A stretch of 63,608 nt of DNA, counting the filler, from Reticulomyxa filosa (taxonomy: Eukaryota > Protista > Foraminifera): the NCBI GenBank assembly GCA_000512085.1. It is 15 parts of 15 records of this genome, joined end to end, with 100 filler letters (N's around TTAATTAATTAA, not from the genome) between each part and the next. Parts side by side here need not be neighbours in the genome. Positions count along the whole stretch, not along the records: positions 27,895 to 38,902 come from ASPP01010176.1; positions 39,003 to 44,043 come from ASPP01019362.1; positions 44,144 to 45,647 come from ASPP01033927.1; positions 45,748 to 50,905 come from ASPP01018281.1; positions 51,006 to 60,043 come from ASPP01027490.1; 10 more parts are not named here. The stretch is one strand, 5' to 3'. The notes beneath the pieces were generated by a model. The model did not search any database. It saw nothing but the letters and a program-made list of their open reading frames with translations, and was not told the DNA's origin. Numbering within the stretch: position 1 is the stretch's first letter; every line of letters starts with the position of its first letter. Shown here piece by piece: positions 38,575-51,959 of the stretch. A program made the position numbers and the translations under genes.

Positions 38575-39278
38575 TGATATTTGCTGATTATTTATCTACT
38601 CTGTTCGGTGGGAAATTTCTCAAATATAGTTTTTACAAGCCCAAGCAACAATCAAAAAAACATAACCTCTTTTCTTATTTCACAAGATTTAAACAATTTT
38701 ATAAAATAATTAAATATGATATTTTCTATGAAAAATGCATAAAATAAGATGCGGTGGATCTTAAAAAAAGATTCAGTTCAGATTTTTTATTGTTTTTCTG
38801 TGATCTTTGCACATTTAATGTCTCAAATAAAAATTTATGTTCTTTGAGATTTAGTATGTTTGTAGGGTAAAGCCCTATTATACAAGTTCAAATAAAGGAA
38901 CTNNNNNNNNNNNNNNNNNNNNNNNNNNNNNNNNNNNNNNNNNNNNTTAATTAATTAANNNNNNNNNNNNNNNNNNNNNNNNNNNNNNNNNNNNNNNNNN
39001 NNAAAAAAAAAGAAAAAACAATACATTCAATTCGTTATTTTGGAAAAATAAAAACAAGAAAGAAATAACATTTTATGTTCATATTTGTAATGTGTGATTT
39101 CTTTTTTTTTTTTCTCTCTAAACTTTTGAAAATCTTTTTCTCCCCCTTTGTAAAAAAAAATTTTTTTGATTTACGGTTTACTTGCAATGAGTGACAAGGA
39201 GAAGGAGAGATTGTTTGCCCCCTTTTTTTTTTTTGTTTGTGTTAAACAAATCTTTTTTTTGTTGAATGTTTAAAACAG

Positions 39279-42200
39279 TTGTATCAAGATGCATCACATT
39301 TGGATAACATTGGAACGTGGATAACCTACTTATATTTGGTGTTCCCAGAAAAATTGAATGACGAAGCATGCCGTTCGCAATTGGAAGCAGCATTAAACGA
39401 TCGAACGGTTGTAATTTTATTCAGAGATGAATTGATTGATGCGTTGGCAGAATACAAAAATTTGGCGAGTACCTCACTCGCAACGATCAAAGTGCCAACG
39501 AATATTATTCGAAAAACGACCAAGTTATAAACAAATAAAAAATTCTATATTTATGATGAAACTTTTTTTTTTTAAATCGAAATGTGTGATGTATGCTTGC
39601 AAATAGAAACGTGAATTTGGAATCGTTGACATCACGTCATCGACAAATGCGTGAATTATTGCGACGAGAAATCCGTGGGTTGTTGGATTTGGTTCATACG
39701 TTGCCTGGTGTGATTCCTGTGAAATTGCCAGTATTGATGGCTTGTTTGGCATTGGCCAGATATGAAATATTTTGGCTATTTACGCACATGTCATTGAAAA
39801 ATAGCAAGCAAAACAGTATGAAAGACTCTCAATTGGCTGCTCCTACCATGCCCGATTTGATGTATCAATGCTTACGATTAACCACAACGATATTGGAACA
39901 CAAGGAACTAATTTATGAGTATTATCGTGATCAACTAGGTTTGGACATCAAATTTTTAAAACCGGTCTTGGCTGATTTGCGCAAGAAAGATCAAGTCCCT
40001 CTGACAGTCTTTGAACAAATCGATGGCATTGTGCAAACTATTGATTCTTTGGCCTCTTCCAAACAGGCCTTGTCATTAGAAGTTGCGTATTTCACTCATT
40101 CGAAATTAAAGTCAATTTCAAATTGACTAAGAAAAGAGGACTGCATTTGTTTATATATATCTTTTATCTTCCTCTCCCTCTCTTGCATTACAATGTCCGA
40201 CATGAAAATCATAGGGCTTGCGTTTACGCTGGTATCGTGCGTCGGCAGACATGAGTCGTGAACCCTCGATCATCAACAAGCCTGCCGGGATAACGTTGGT
40301 GAAATTGATTAACCCATTGATTGAACATAGCCGATTTTATGATCGATTGGACAAAGAAGTCGATGCCCGAGGTTCAATGGCCATGTTGTGGTTTTACCGA
40401 AGCCATTTGGCCAGCATTTTCAATAGTTATTGTCTGGGCACCGACGATGAAGAAGAACTCAAAAAATCCAAGGAAGATGAATTCAATTCCTATCGTCAAG
40501 GGCGATATTGGATGATCTTTGTTCACATCTTCTCACAAGCATTACAGAACATCCATAGGCAAAGACCAGAAGAAGTTTCTTTTTTTTTTCTCCCTCTCTT
40601 GAACTAGAATTTTTTTTTAATTAACAAGGTGAGGGGAACACTTATTACTTTTTTTTTTTTTAAAAAAAGGTGGAATCGATCGGAGAAGCTGCTCTGGCCA
40701 AAGCCGAATCATACATTAATGCAGCAACTAGCAAAATTGAAGTGTCTTTGAGATGTGTGTTAGGACAGTTTTCAGCATGGAGCAATCAAATACAACCACT
40801 TGCAGTTGCAGAGCACTTTGTACAAAACAAAGGTAAACGTGAACAATGGGGGAAATTGCCTGGCTTTGAGTCGTATTGGCCAAATCGATACTTCCTCAAA
40901 AAGTTATTTTTTATCATACAAAACCTTTTTTTTTGTTTTAACAAAAAAGAAAAAAATTCTCACAATACGTATTGTACATACATATATGTATATACAAAAT
41001 AGTCTGTATATATAATTTTTTTTTGTTTCTTTATTTAGCTTGAAATACAATTTGGACGTAATTGGAGATATGTGTGCAGCATTTGATGAAGTAGATACCA
41101 TAATAATTTACAATCAAAAATTGTTCCCAGCAGGGGTATGTTTAGCCACAGAACAAACACTTTGCTTTTGCTTGCACATAATTTGTGTGTGTGTATCTGT
41201 GGGGGGGAAAAAAATGCAATTAGTATTTGCATCAATTGGTACGCGATTTTTTCCATTCGGAACTGCGACTGATAGTGCAAGAAACACAACAAACAATGGT
41301 GCGTCCATCGCGATTTGTGAGCCGATTGGATCGTCTGTTCCGTGCCTGCTCTCGTTTGCATAGTTACATTAATATTGATTTGGAGCGAATGATTCGTGAT
41401 TTGTTGTATGCGGACTTTTATGACGATTCAGTTGGTGGCGTAGGCGGACCATTGGGAGTACCGAAAAAGCAAGAATCAACAAGTGGTGTGAAAGAAGTCA
41501 CCAAAAAAAATGATCGTCTCATTCACGACATTCGAGACTGGTACGTAAACATTGTTGATTCTCGTTGTGCTGCTCCTGGAAGTGGCGCTGTGTACTCGCC
41601 GATTTTGAACGGCTTTTATGATTTGCAAAGCAATCGCACTGCACCATTGGAAGACTACTGCTCTTTGACAGAACTTGAATCGCTGTGTCGAGTGATTGGA
41701 CCATCCGGAGTACGTGTCATTGACATTGAAATTGTAAAGATTGGTCACGCAGCAATGGTCAAAATAGCCAAAACACTCCGTGATAACAAAGATTTGATCC
41801 AAGGTGTGGAGATGGAGAAATTCTTTGGTGAAGAGCGATGGAAGAATGTTGTCACACGCTTCAAAGGATTAGATATTATTAGTAAGCAAGGAATTGTCGT
41901 GGGGTCCGTCATTTTGTTCCGCAAATTGCTTCGAAAAGCATTGTTTAACGTCGTGCGTCAGAAAGTTAATTTTTTTTTTTTTTGATAAGGTTTTTAAAAT
42001 CAAACAATAATTGACTCACAAAAAGGGGGTTTTTTTGGGAATATGTTTGAAACGCAGGATTCCTTCACATGTGAGACGATGAAGACGCTACATGACAGAT
42101 TGTATCATAAACGAATCTATGTCGACTCTTTTAGCCATTTGTCGTTGGATGTTGGCATTGTCAGCACGTTCAGTGATAACGTTATGCGCAACGTTTTTTA

Positions 42201-42757
42201 TGAACTCGGCAAAGACGACTCAAGTACCAAACTGTGGCAGTACATTCCACTTGTCTTTGGCATTGCATTTGCCAATCCATTTTGGCGTGGCTGTCGATAT
42301 TCCATGGAATTTGGGGCCTTGGATAATAATGGATTTGCAATTGCAGATTGTGTACAGAACTTGATTAGCATCTTCTGTGATCCACAAGAACACCGCAAAA
42401 TGAAATTACAATTTTTAGGAATTGCTGGACGTTCGCTGCTGTACTTGAAAAAATCAAGAAACGACCCAATTGTCAACCATTTATATTTGCTGTTGGATTA
42501 TGTATGTGGATTTATCTTTACATTTATATTTTATTTTAACTTGGATTGTCTTACGAAATGTAAATGTAACACTTATCTTACAATAGTTTGTCAGCTTGTC
42601 CAAAGATTTAACACTACATGATTTGCAAGCAGTTTCGATTCCTTATGACGTTATCCGAGCTCAAATTGTGAAAATTTATGGTGACGCGTCCGGAATGAAA
42701 ACTGACGATCCGTTGAATACACAAGAAGATGATATAAAACAGGAGGAAACTGTGTGA
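39279..42757 (+). CDS. NCKAP1: Nck-associated protein 1 / Nap1 (WAVE/SCAR complex), multi-exon, 5'-truncated
   Basis: PGVIPVKLPVLMACLALARYEIFW, LRLRWYR, LPGFES, VRPS, VYSP, EDYCSLTELESLCRVIGPSGVR, ALDNNGFAIA, IPYDVIR. Confidence 0.85.
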
Positions 42758-43577
42758 TATATACCAAGAGTGATAATAGGGCAATGAAAAATATGTGTTG
42801 GAAGTTGAAATGAATGTTGCTGTGTGTTGTATACATTTTTGTAAAGTTGCCAAAAGTACTTGGTTTTCACACCTTTAACCAAAACATCCAACGTTTCTGT
42901 TTCGTACAAGGCCAAATCTTCAAAAAATTTTTACAAAATTAACTAGTTGAAAAAAAGAATATCCTTGTAAAAATTATTGAAATTTTCTGTAAATCAAGGA
43001 AAGTTATTCCGATTTTTTTGGTCAAAAATTCTTACACTGCAATTTTATGTCGCAAATTACTACTAAGAAATGGAAACCCTCACTTTCGAATTTAAGTTAA
43101 ACGACTTCAGTACTATTTCTATCAACTCTTTCAAATTATCACCAAATACAAATGTGAGTCATAACAAAAGTTCAAAATTGTAGGGTATGTAGTTGTGAAC
43201 GTGTAGTTCAAAGGGAACTTTGGAACCTCCAGCGAGCAAACAACGCAACTCACTTTCTCTCTTGTTTTATTCTTTCCTTTGTCTGTTGTAACTGTAATAT
43301 TTCTCTTTCTTTTCCAAAGATATTCCGTTGTCTTCTTTTTCATTTCGTTTGTGCACATTTTTTTAAAAGCATTAATAGAGAATTCAGACAAAAAATTGTT
43401 CAATCGTTCACGTTAAATAGATAACAATTATTTGTTTGTTGGAAATAAGCAAAGATTGGAACCTACATAGTATAAAATAATACCTTTTCAAGGAAGTGCC
43501 TTTGAAATACAACATGTCAATTCAATCCAAGCCAAAGCTTGAAAAAAAAGTTTGAGAAAAGCAAAAAAACTTTACAA

Positions 43578-44043
43578 TCAAAAAATGAAAATCATTTTAA
43601 GTTTTCCCAAAAATTGTTGAATTTTTTGTTGCAAAGCATGATCAGGATAAAATTCTAAATTTCCATCATTCATCAAAGAAGAATAATTTGGAATATTTTG
43701 ATATTGATCCATAATTGATGATCGATCATATATTATTCCATTTGAAGCAATTACAGGATCTTTCATTATTGATTTTGATAATGGACATAAATATTCTTTT
43801 GGAATGTCTTGTGGAGCACCTTCATTAGAATCAATTGGATATTTAACACAAATATGATTAAATGAATCATAAACAACACAAACTTGCAAAAACATATCAA
43901 AATGAAATAAATCCATCCAATCATTTTTCGACATCTTCAATAAAGACATTCCATCAATTTTTTTTCCTTTGATTATTTTATTATACTCATTCATTTTTAA
44001 TTTGTTACATTTCAAAGTATGTCCAACGAAAATTGAAATATCT
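43578..44043 (-). CDS. SAM-like + U-box E3 ligase family protein (5'-truncated)
   Basis: KKIDGMSLLKMSKNDW (SAM-like); IPKEYLCPLSKSIMKDPVIASNGIIYDRSSI..YPDHALQQKIQQF (U-box). Confidence 0.88.
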
Positions 44044-44699
44044 NNNNNNNNNNNNNNNNNNNNNNNNNNNNNNNNNNNNNNNNNNNNTTAATTAATTAAN
44101 NNNNNNNNNNNNNNNNNNNNNNNNNNNNNNNNNNNNNNNNNNNCCTTCAAAAATTTAAGGGACAAAAAGAAAGTGCACGTTGCTGAAAAGATTTTTTTTT
44201 TTCTTTTAAATGAATGTAAAAATATCTCCATAGTTGGCTTTTTTCTTTTTGAATAGACACAGGCGATTATGCATTTAATTGAAAGGATTTTTTAATGTTA
44301 TTTTAAAACGATTTGCAACTCACAATATTTTTCCGCCAATAATTTCATCTTTTTAACACTCATTTTATATTCATACCTAATTTCAATAGGAATTTGTGTT
44401 TGTGTAATCTTCAGAAAGAAAGAGATGTGTTATCGAAACACGTTGTCCCCACTCATTATTTTATTTCGATAACGCCAGATTGGTTAAGAATTTTCAATTC
44501 GTTGGTCAGGTTGAAATCGTAAAAGGAGAACCGGACCTTACATTGTGAACGCTTTAGACTTGTCTTTTTCCAAAGTCTAATTAAAAAGTGCAATTGTATA
44601 TTGATTATACGGGAATATTGAGCAACAAACTGAAATGATTTTATCGCTCCAAGTACCAACGCGGAAGCTAGTACTTTTTATTATTCAGTTTGCTCCAAA

Positions 44700-45642
44700 T
44701 TGTATATAGTTTTGTTGCAAAAGAGGTTCGGCAAAGGGGAAGCACCAATGATATTGATATTAAAAAACTCTATAAAATGATGGTGAGTGGACTTACTGCG
44801 GTGTTACTAAATTCGAAGCGACTGAAGCCCGAAGAGCATTTCCTTGTTGGAATGAGTCAAATGTTAAGGCAACGTTTACTCTGAGTTGACATTGCCTAAT
44901 GACTTAATTTGTTTGTCCAACGTGCCAGGTACGTATTTTTTTTTAAACACAAGAAAAAGTGAACTTGATCAAACAAAAATCCTTAAGCTTTGAAGATATA
45001 AAAAAAGTGTATAGAAACGGACGTAAAAGTGACAAACTCAATGAAGACAGTGTTGTTTGACAAGTACACCTGTGATGCCGCCGTATTTACTTGTATGGTC
45101 TATCGGTGAGTTTGAGTACGTGGAAGCAAGAACAAGCCGCGATATAAAAGTGCGAATATGTACGAGTGTGGGCAAAAAAGATATGTTATTTTTGTCTGTG
45201 AAACTGCGTGTAGATGTTTGGATTTTTATGAAAAGTTAAGTTACTCTCAAAAGTATTGATAGAAAAAAAAAGTTTACGTATACTCCCTCTCTCCAAAAAA
45301 AAAAAAAAAATTAGTTTGTGGGGGAAATGTGGTGGCCATAAAAAAAAAAAAAAAAAGATTTTTTGAAATTGAATGTCCATTACCAAAATACGATATAGTG
45401 GCAGTTCCAAACTTTGGATCAGGAGCAATGGAAAACTGGTGTTTGGTGACGTATCGAGAATCAATAATAATGTTATCCAAAGGAGTAAACCCTGTGCCAG
45501 CGTAGCTCGTATTGTGTGCCATGAGTTTGCACATCAATTGTTCGGCAATCTGGTCACGATGGATTGGTGGTCTGAGCTATGGTTGAGAGAAGGATTTACG
45601 CGATTCATGGAATATCTCAGTTGTTCTATCATTGGACGGTAA
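44700..45642 (+). pseudogene. M1 (puromycin-sensitive-type) aminopeptidase pseudogene
   Basis: [63 protein letters not shown]; several in-frame stops and frameshifts. Confidence 0.85.
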
Positions 45643-45747
45643 TTCTANNNNNNNNNNNNNNNNNNNNNNNNNNNNNNNNNNNNNNNNNNNNTTAATTAAT
45701 TAANNNNNNNNNNNNNNNNNNNNNNNNNNNNNNNNNNNNNNNNNNNN

Positions 45748-46368
45748 AGTTACGAACAAGCAAAGCTGCTCTGGCAATGGTAGGAGTACAACCAGCATAA
45801 AGTCCTTGGATACCATGAGATCTATAAATCGATCGAAATGCGTCAAAGGTGTGTTTGTAAGTAGGTTTATGTCCTTGCCGCAATCCAGTTTGATAGGTAC
45901 CATCGGCGCCGATTCGACCCGCCTCCTGTTGAAATCGAATCTTCACCAAGTCAGTCGGAGTTGCTAACGCACTTCCAATAGCACCACTTGTCAAGCCTGC
46001 CAAGATTTTAAACAACAAACCAATGTCTGCCGATTTCGAGTCTTTCTTTGCGTTCATTTGTGCAATGGCTCGACGGATGGGAGTGTACAAACCCATTCTC
46101 AACGAAGAGTAGGTTAATTCACGTAATATAGATGGAAACAATCCTGGCACCATAATCCCAAAATACCCTCTTCTTTTATTATCAAATATGCTGTTCCTTT
46201 GAAGGTCCGATACTTTCTCTGGACTTTGCTGTCCAGTGCGCCTTCTGTTTGCATTCGAATTTTTGTTACGTCCATTGGATTTAACACTGCTGAGGCAATG
46301 CTGTTCGTTAAACCACCGGACAATAACTCGCGCAGAATGTAATATGAAGGTTGCTCTTTTGAAGCCAT
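45748..46368 (-). CDS. Mitochondrial carrier (SLC25; UCP/dicarboxylate/oxoglutarate-like subgroup), 3'-truncated; frameshift ~46152
   Basis: PMDVTKIRMQ and PTDLVKIRFQ signatures; EEGILGLW, RELTYSSLRMGLY, PTIARAA. Confidence 0.9.
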
Positions 46369-46734
46369 TACTAGTAGTAATTTTTTTTTTTTCTGGGGCT
46401 CTTTACCCTCCATTGTTTTCAAAAGTACTTTTTTGCCTAAAATAAAGTTAAAAAATAAATAATCGTTGCTTTTTCTGTTTTAAATCTCGTTCAGTTTGTT
46501 GGATGTAAATATTTTGTAATGTATCATCCCTTTCTTGATTTCCTTTCTTCAGAATTCAAAATTGCTTCAATATATGTTCCGTGGCAAATCAACTCAATAA
46601 AGAGCGTTTTCTGAATACGAAAGGTCCAAAAAAAAAAACACGAAATACAAAGGGACCAGAGACGCTTTTATTTCTTGTTTTCTTTTAAAGTATTGCTTTC
46701 AGAAAAACGACAAAAAAAAGAAGATACAGTTAAA

Positions 46735-47901
46735 ATGTCTGGAATCTCACTCCTTGCAAAATCAAAGTATTTGCCCACGTCCTTGCGTCCAAGAAGTGTT
46801 CGTTTTGTTTCAAGTGGAAATGTGCCAAAGATCTCAAATTATTCGACGCATCAAACTAAGTCGCACTTTGCAAATGCTGCTACAAAGACAACAAATCTTG
46901 AAGAGGCCATAAGTTTTGTTTTTTTTAACTCTCGGAGTTATTTATTTTTTGTTAGAATTTTTTTAAACCTTAAAAAAAAAAATAATAATAATTCGTTGTT
47001 GTCCAAAAGGATCCGATTTTTATGGTGTAATGAAACGTGACTATCACGAAGAACATTTGAGTTCTGAACAAGTGGAAGAATTTAACGAGAATGGATTTGT
47101 GAAAACACCCGAACTATTTTCGCCAACAGAGACACAAGAGTTGATCGACTTTGTAACAGAGGTACAAAGATGGAAAGAAACACCGTTCAAGTGGATGCAA
47201 TACTTTGAATATTATGGAGAAAACAAGACTCGAGAACTTTGCCGAACGGAGAATTTTTTTTCTTATCATCCCGCGCTGCAAAATTTAATAGTTCCAAAAT
47301 TGTTGCCAATGCTAGCACAATTATTTGGTGAGCCTGCGGTGATGTACAAAGAAAAGATTAATTACAAGCTTGCTAATGGTGGACCTTTCCCTGCTCATCA
47401 GGATGCTCCCGCGTACGGCACATTTGGTCACAAATATCATATTACCGCTTTGATCGCCATTGATGATGCAAACGAACAAAATGGATGTCTGGAGTTTGTT
47501 CGAAACACTCATAAAGATTTGGTGATATTGCCACATAATGCCGCCGGTGTCATTGATCCAAAGGTACACACGGAATAAGGGGCTTTTTTTTTATTCGTTC
47601 AAAAAAGAATAATCGAAAATAAAAATAGATTGAAGAAGCAATGACTTGGGAATTACTCCCCACAAAGAGGGGAGAAGCAGTCCTGTTCCACAGTTTTTGT
47701 CCACACCGAAGTGGTCCTAACAAAACGTCGAAAAGTCGAAGAGCGATGTTTATTACGTTCAATGGGATCAGTGGAGGTGACTGCCGTGACAAATATTATC
47801 AAAAGAAAAGGGAAGACTTTCCTCCTGAAATTGAACGCATTCCAGGAAAAGACTATAGTGAGGGCGCTAAAGTATTCAATGTCGCCACTCCAATTAAATA
47901 G
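46735..47901 (+). CDS. Fe(II)/2-oxoglutarate dioxygenase, PhyH family, PhnY-like, with putative mitochondrial transit peptide; introns 46913-47009 and 47564-47628; 334 aa
   Basis: KWMQYFE, LCRTENF, YKEKINYK..GG.F.AHQDAPAY, ENGCL-type motif (EQNGCL), HRSGPN..RRAMFITFN, KREDFPPEIERIPGKDYS...PIK. N-terminus is R/S/K-rich and acid-poor. Confidence 0.85.
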
Positions 47902-48294
47902 TTGCCTCTTCCTCTAACTTACTTTTATTTTTTCTATAGAACATTCCGTGTGGAAGACCATTGAAAGTGATGTATACAAATAGTATGTGGACTATACGCG
48001 TTCCTCTTTTTTTGGTGTTTTCAGTGCACCATAATATTTTTTTAAGTAGTTGATTACACTGAATTATAAAAATTTCTTAGTAAAAATAAGCAAAAAGTTT
48101 CGTAAATTATGGTTTTACTTACTTTTTATCAGAATGTTTTTCAGTTACCGAAGGTGTTTTGAAAAAATTTCTCAAGCAATAATTAGTTTTCTAAATTTAA
48201 ACTTCACAACTTTTTAGCTCAATTCCTTTACATCAAGGAACAAATCAGGGCTATTTTATGAGCAAAAAGAGGGTGGAAAACTGACAAAAACAAA

Positions 48295-49472
48295 TTATGC
48301 TTTGATGGTTTGTTTTGAAAAAGCAAGCATTTGTTCCACGACCAAATCGACATTCTTTTTAACTTCTGCGTTTTTCCAATCGCCACGGCTTCCACAAAAG
48401 CCATGTTCCATTTTTTCAAACGTGTGATACACACACTTTTTTGCAAAGTCCTTTTTTTTATTAGTTACACATTTCCAACCACACAAATTAAGCTCACTGA
48501 AAGGAAAAGAGGGATCATAAAAAAAAAAAAGTCTCACTAATTTAAAGAAAAGCAAACCAAAAAAAAAAATTACTAAACTTTCTCATCCAAGATTTTCTTG
48601 ACAGTTTCAACAGGCGTATCTTTTGGAGTTGCGCCATAATACACAGGACACTTGACTTTGCTCACTAATTCTTCAGTGATCCTAGCACCATGAATGGAAG
48701 CAATGCCTGCGATCTTGGGATCGTCAGCGATGTGAAACGCCTTTTTTTGTTAATATGTCATTATTGTTATTTTTGTTTTTTATTTGGTTTATCTGTGTAT
48801 ATTTCTCCCCCTTTTTTTTAACACCTCGGCCACATGTACGAATGCATGTTTACATATATATATAATCCTACAATCCAAAAAAAAACACCTTTTTTTTTTA
48901 AATTTGTTTGTCTAGTGACACAAACCATGAGGCCACCCATGCAAAATCCAATGGAAGTAATGTGGGTGCACTTCTGTTCTTTTTCCAAATATGGAATAGC
49001 GATCTCTTTCATATCTTTAACAAAAAGCTCTGGAGAAGCATTTTTGCCAAACCATTGGAAAAACTCTTGTTGTTCTTTGTCATCCTTGAATGGCAGGCGG
49101 TGTGAAGGCCATGGGTTGCCTCGGAAGTGGTCACACATGATTACTGTATGTCCTGCTTCTGCAAATCGATCACTCAACTCAAACAGGTTTCTGTTGATTA
49201 CAACATATTTAATCACCATGTACAAAAAAAAAATCTTTTTTTTTTTGCCCCACTTCGCAAGGTGCATTATAATTGGTCCTTGTGACCATTTTTTTTCCAA
49301 AATTGTTTAACTTGTTGGCGCCCCAGCCTAATATATCATAAAACAATATTATTGCGCTCGCACCTTTGCCTGTTACATATATGGGCAAATCGCTCACTTT
49401 TGTCGTCTTCCCTTTTGGCTCGTAATCTGTTGTCTTGCCAGGGCCTGCTTCATTACATGCTGCTGTTGCCAT
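48295..49472 (-). CDS. Dienelactone hydrolase family protein (CMBL/AIM2-like), multi-exon
   Basis: IYVTG..AIILFYDILG, nucleophile motif GFCMGG, catalytic HGF. Confidence 0.9.
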
Positions 49473-49999
49473 ATTCGATTGATTTATTCAAGAATACAAC
49501 TCCAGAAAGAGAAAAAAATTGAGGCTTTTTTGTCTCTTTGCAAAAAACGTGCTGCCTTTTTTTTAGTAAAAATTGTTGTACACGTTTCTCAACTTACTGT
49601 ATTTTCAAGAGGGCACCTATTGTGTGAATATGTTGTCAGTTTGCAAAATCAAATACCAACATAACCCATTGGAGTTAAAAAACGAAAAAGTGATTTGTCA
49701 TACAAATAGGCGTATAATTATTAAAGGTATTTTTTAAAATACATGAAAAAATGGTCGCAGAGATGCCAATATAATAATGTGTGAAATACATTTTCCTCTC
49801 ATTTTTTTGAAATATACTTTATTTAAATAATGATACCACAATAGTAATTTAAAAGTTTGTATTTTTTGTGTTTTGAGTATCTACAATTGTAACATAACAA
49901 AGATGGAGGGAGGGAAAAAGGAGATTAAATAAATAATAATATGAACAAATAATACGTTTTAAACCCTTCAAAGACATATTTTTTTTAAAAAAAGAAATA

Positions 50000-50891
50000 C
50001 TAATCACAAGAGAGGGGCGAATACTGCGAAATCGCGTCGAATATATGAGTATAGCCCATTGTTAAAACACCAAACTGTTTGCAAAACTGAGACTGTCTTT
50101 TGGACAAATCAAAATTTTCGGCATCATAAACAAAGACATATACTTTTGAATTTTCCTTGCTGATCTGTTTGCGTTTGGATTTTTGTTCTTTTTCCCACTT
50201 GTAGGGTAGACAATTTAATATTTTGGCACCACCTAAGCGAAACACAGTTTTTAAATCTTGCGACAAGTTTCCCGTTTTTAACTCGTCAGAGATAATTGCT
50301 ACGCAATTATGGAATAGTCCCTCATCCTTTTTGTTTTCACGATCTTTTCGAGACTTTTTGGCCCCACTTTCGCCTTTGATATCACCAACAATCTGAGACA
50401 TTTGCAACACAATCAATTTTTTTTTTTTATGAAATTGTGCGTTTCTCCGAAGCGAGCATTTTTTATTTTTGAAAAAAAAATTACCTCAAATGGTGTTTCA
50501 TTGACCAGTTTCCCTTGTTTGATGCACTCATCCACCCAATCAAAACAAAGGACCCACCCCCCAGCGGCGACCATTTTCAAATACTTTATGGTGCGAGACT
50601 GCAGAACGGACTTGTCATTGTGAAGAGTGGTGTTAGTAATCAAATGAGTGGCCGAGTTTTTCCACGTATCGGAGACAGTCACGTGACGGTCAAATTTTTT
50701 TTAAACAGTTCGAATCGCTCCATCTGCTCCACAGACAAGCTACTACACAACAGCGTCGGTTTGAACGATATTTCCGTCAGTGCTTTTTTTCCACATCGGG
50801 CGACTTGGTCACCCCGTCGGAGGCGCCGCCCAACGTCTTGAGTTGTCATCAGGGACCCTAGCACGACTTTTCCGTCCCGATGTAAAGGCAA
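50000..50891 (-). CDS. Tandem BRCT C-terminus (BRCA1/BARD1-like), 5'-truncated; frameshift in an A-run at ~50695-50702
   Basis: ATHLI..RTIKYL..AGGWVLCFDWVDEC..E.PFE, GLF, LGGAKIL, IFDAISQY. Confidence 0.8.
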
Positions 50892-51089
50892 AAGTTATGA
50901 TAAAANNNNNNNNNNNNNNNNNNNNNNNNNNNNNNNNNNNNNNNNNNNNTTAATTAATTAANNNNNNNNNNNNNNNNNNNNNNNNNNNNNNNNNNNNNNN
51001 NNNNNAAAAGAAAAGAAAGATAAGTGAATTTGTTTCTTGAAAAATATTATATAAAAAAAAAAGACCATAATAAACATAAGCACACCTCA

Positions 51090-51306
51090 CCAAAACAATA
51101 AAGTCTTCCTTTTTGGCCAAATTGTCATGAACCCATTTGGCTGCTTTTTCACTGTATTCTGTTCCGTCCAATGCTATCATTATTGTTCGTCCTTTGTGTG
51201 CAGACACTTCTTTTACAACCTCTTTTACATTCATTGAAATCTTTATCGAGTACAAATCTTCTGCTTCCACAGGCTGTTTTCCATCATTCTCTGTGGGGTT
51301 GCTCAT
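51090..51306 (-). CDS. Universal stress protein (USP) domain protein, first exon
   Basis: RTIMIALDGTEYSEKAAKWVHDNLAKKEDFIVLV. Confidence 0.8.
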
Positions 51307-51959
51307 GTTTTTATTGATTTTATTACGTGCGATAAATTTAAAAAAACTCTTGTTTAAAAAGAAGGACCTATTTAAACAAAAGTATTTACATTATTTTTCC
51401 TGGTTTTATTTCCATGTTTGCTTAAATAATTTAAACAAAAGAAAAACAATTTTTTAAAAATATAATGTTGACGTTCAAAAAATTCGACAAAAGAAAGAAA
51501 ATAGAATAAAAATGAACTTCTAACTTTATTAGAAAGTTCAACGAAAGTGTAGTAATATACGCCGCATGATAGACATTTACGCATGCTCAGTGATAAAGAA
51601 TTGAATCTATGGCGTTTATGAAAAAAAAAGCGATATTTACAAAATGCACGTCTTTAAGTCTTCTTAATCAAATTGACAAGCGAGTTAATAGTTTGTATAT
51701 TGCCAATTCATGTTTTTTTAAGTTTTTCAAAATCTCTATAGCTGTAAAAAATGAAAAACTTTGAAACAATTGAACATTTGAATTGCACTGTTAAATTTAT
51801 CTTTTAAGATAAAGTGTTTTTCCTTCAAAATTCCATTTTACTTGGCTCATTATCACTTTTACTGTTTCCTTCAGAAAAAATGAGATAATTTTTTTCTTTA
51901 CTAAAAAGAGAGAAGCGGCTGTACACGTGCCTTTTTCTGGTCAAACGTATTATTATCAA

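Noticed and set aside
38575-38902. Fluoride riboswitch upstream of the CLC-F gene
   Set aside because: No GGCGATGG-type core or pseudoknot is visible in the AT-rich upstream sequence. An Infernal search would be definitive.
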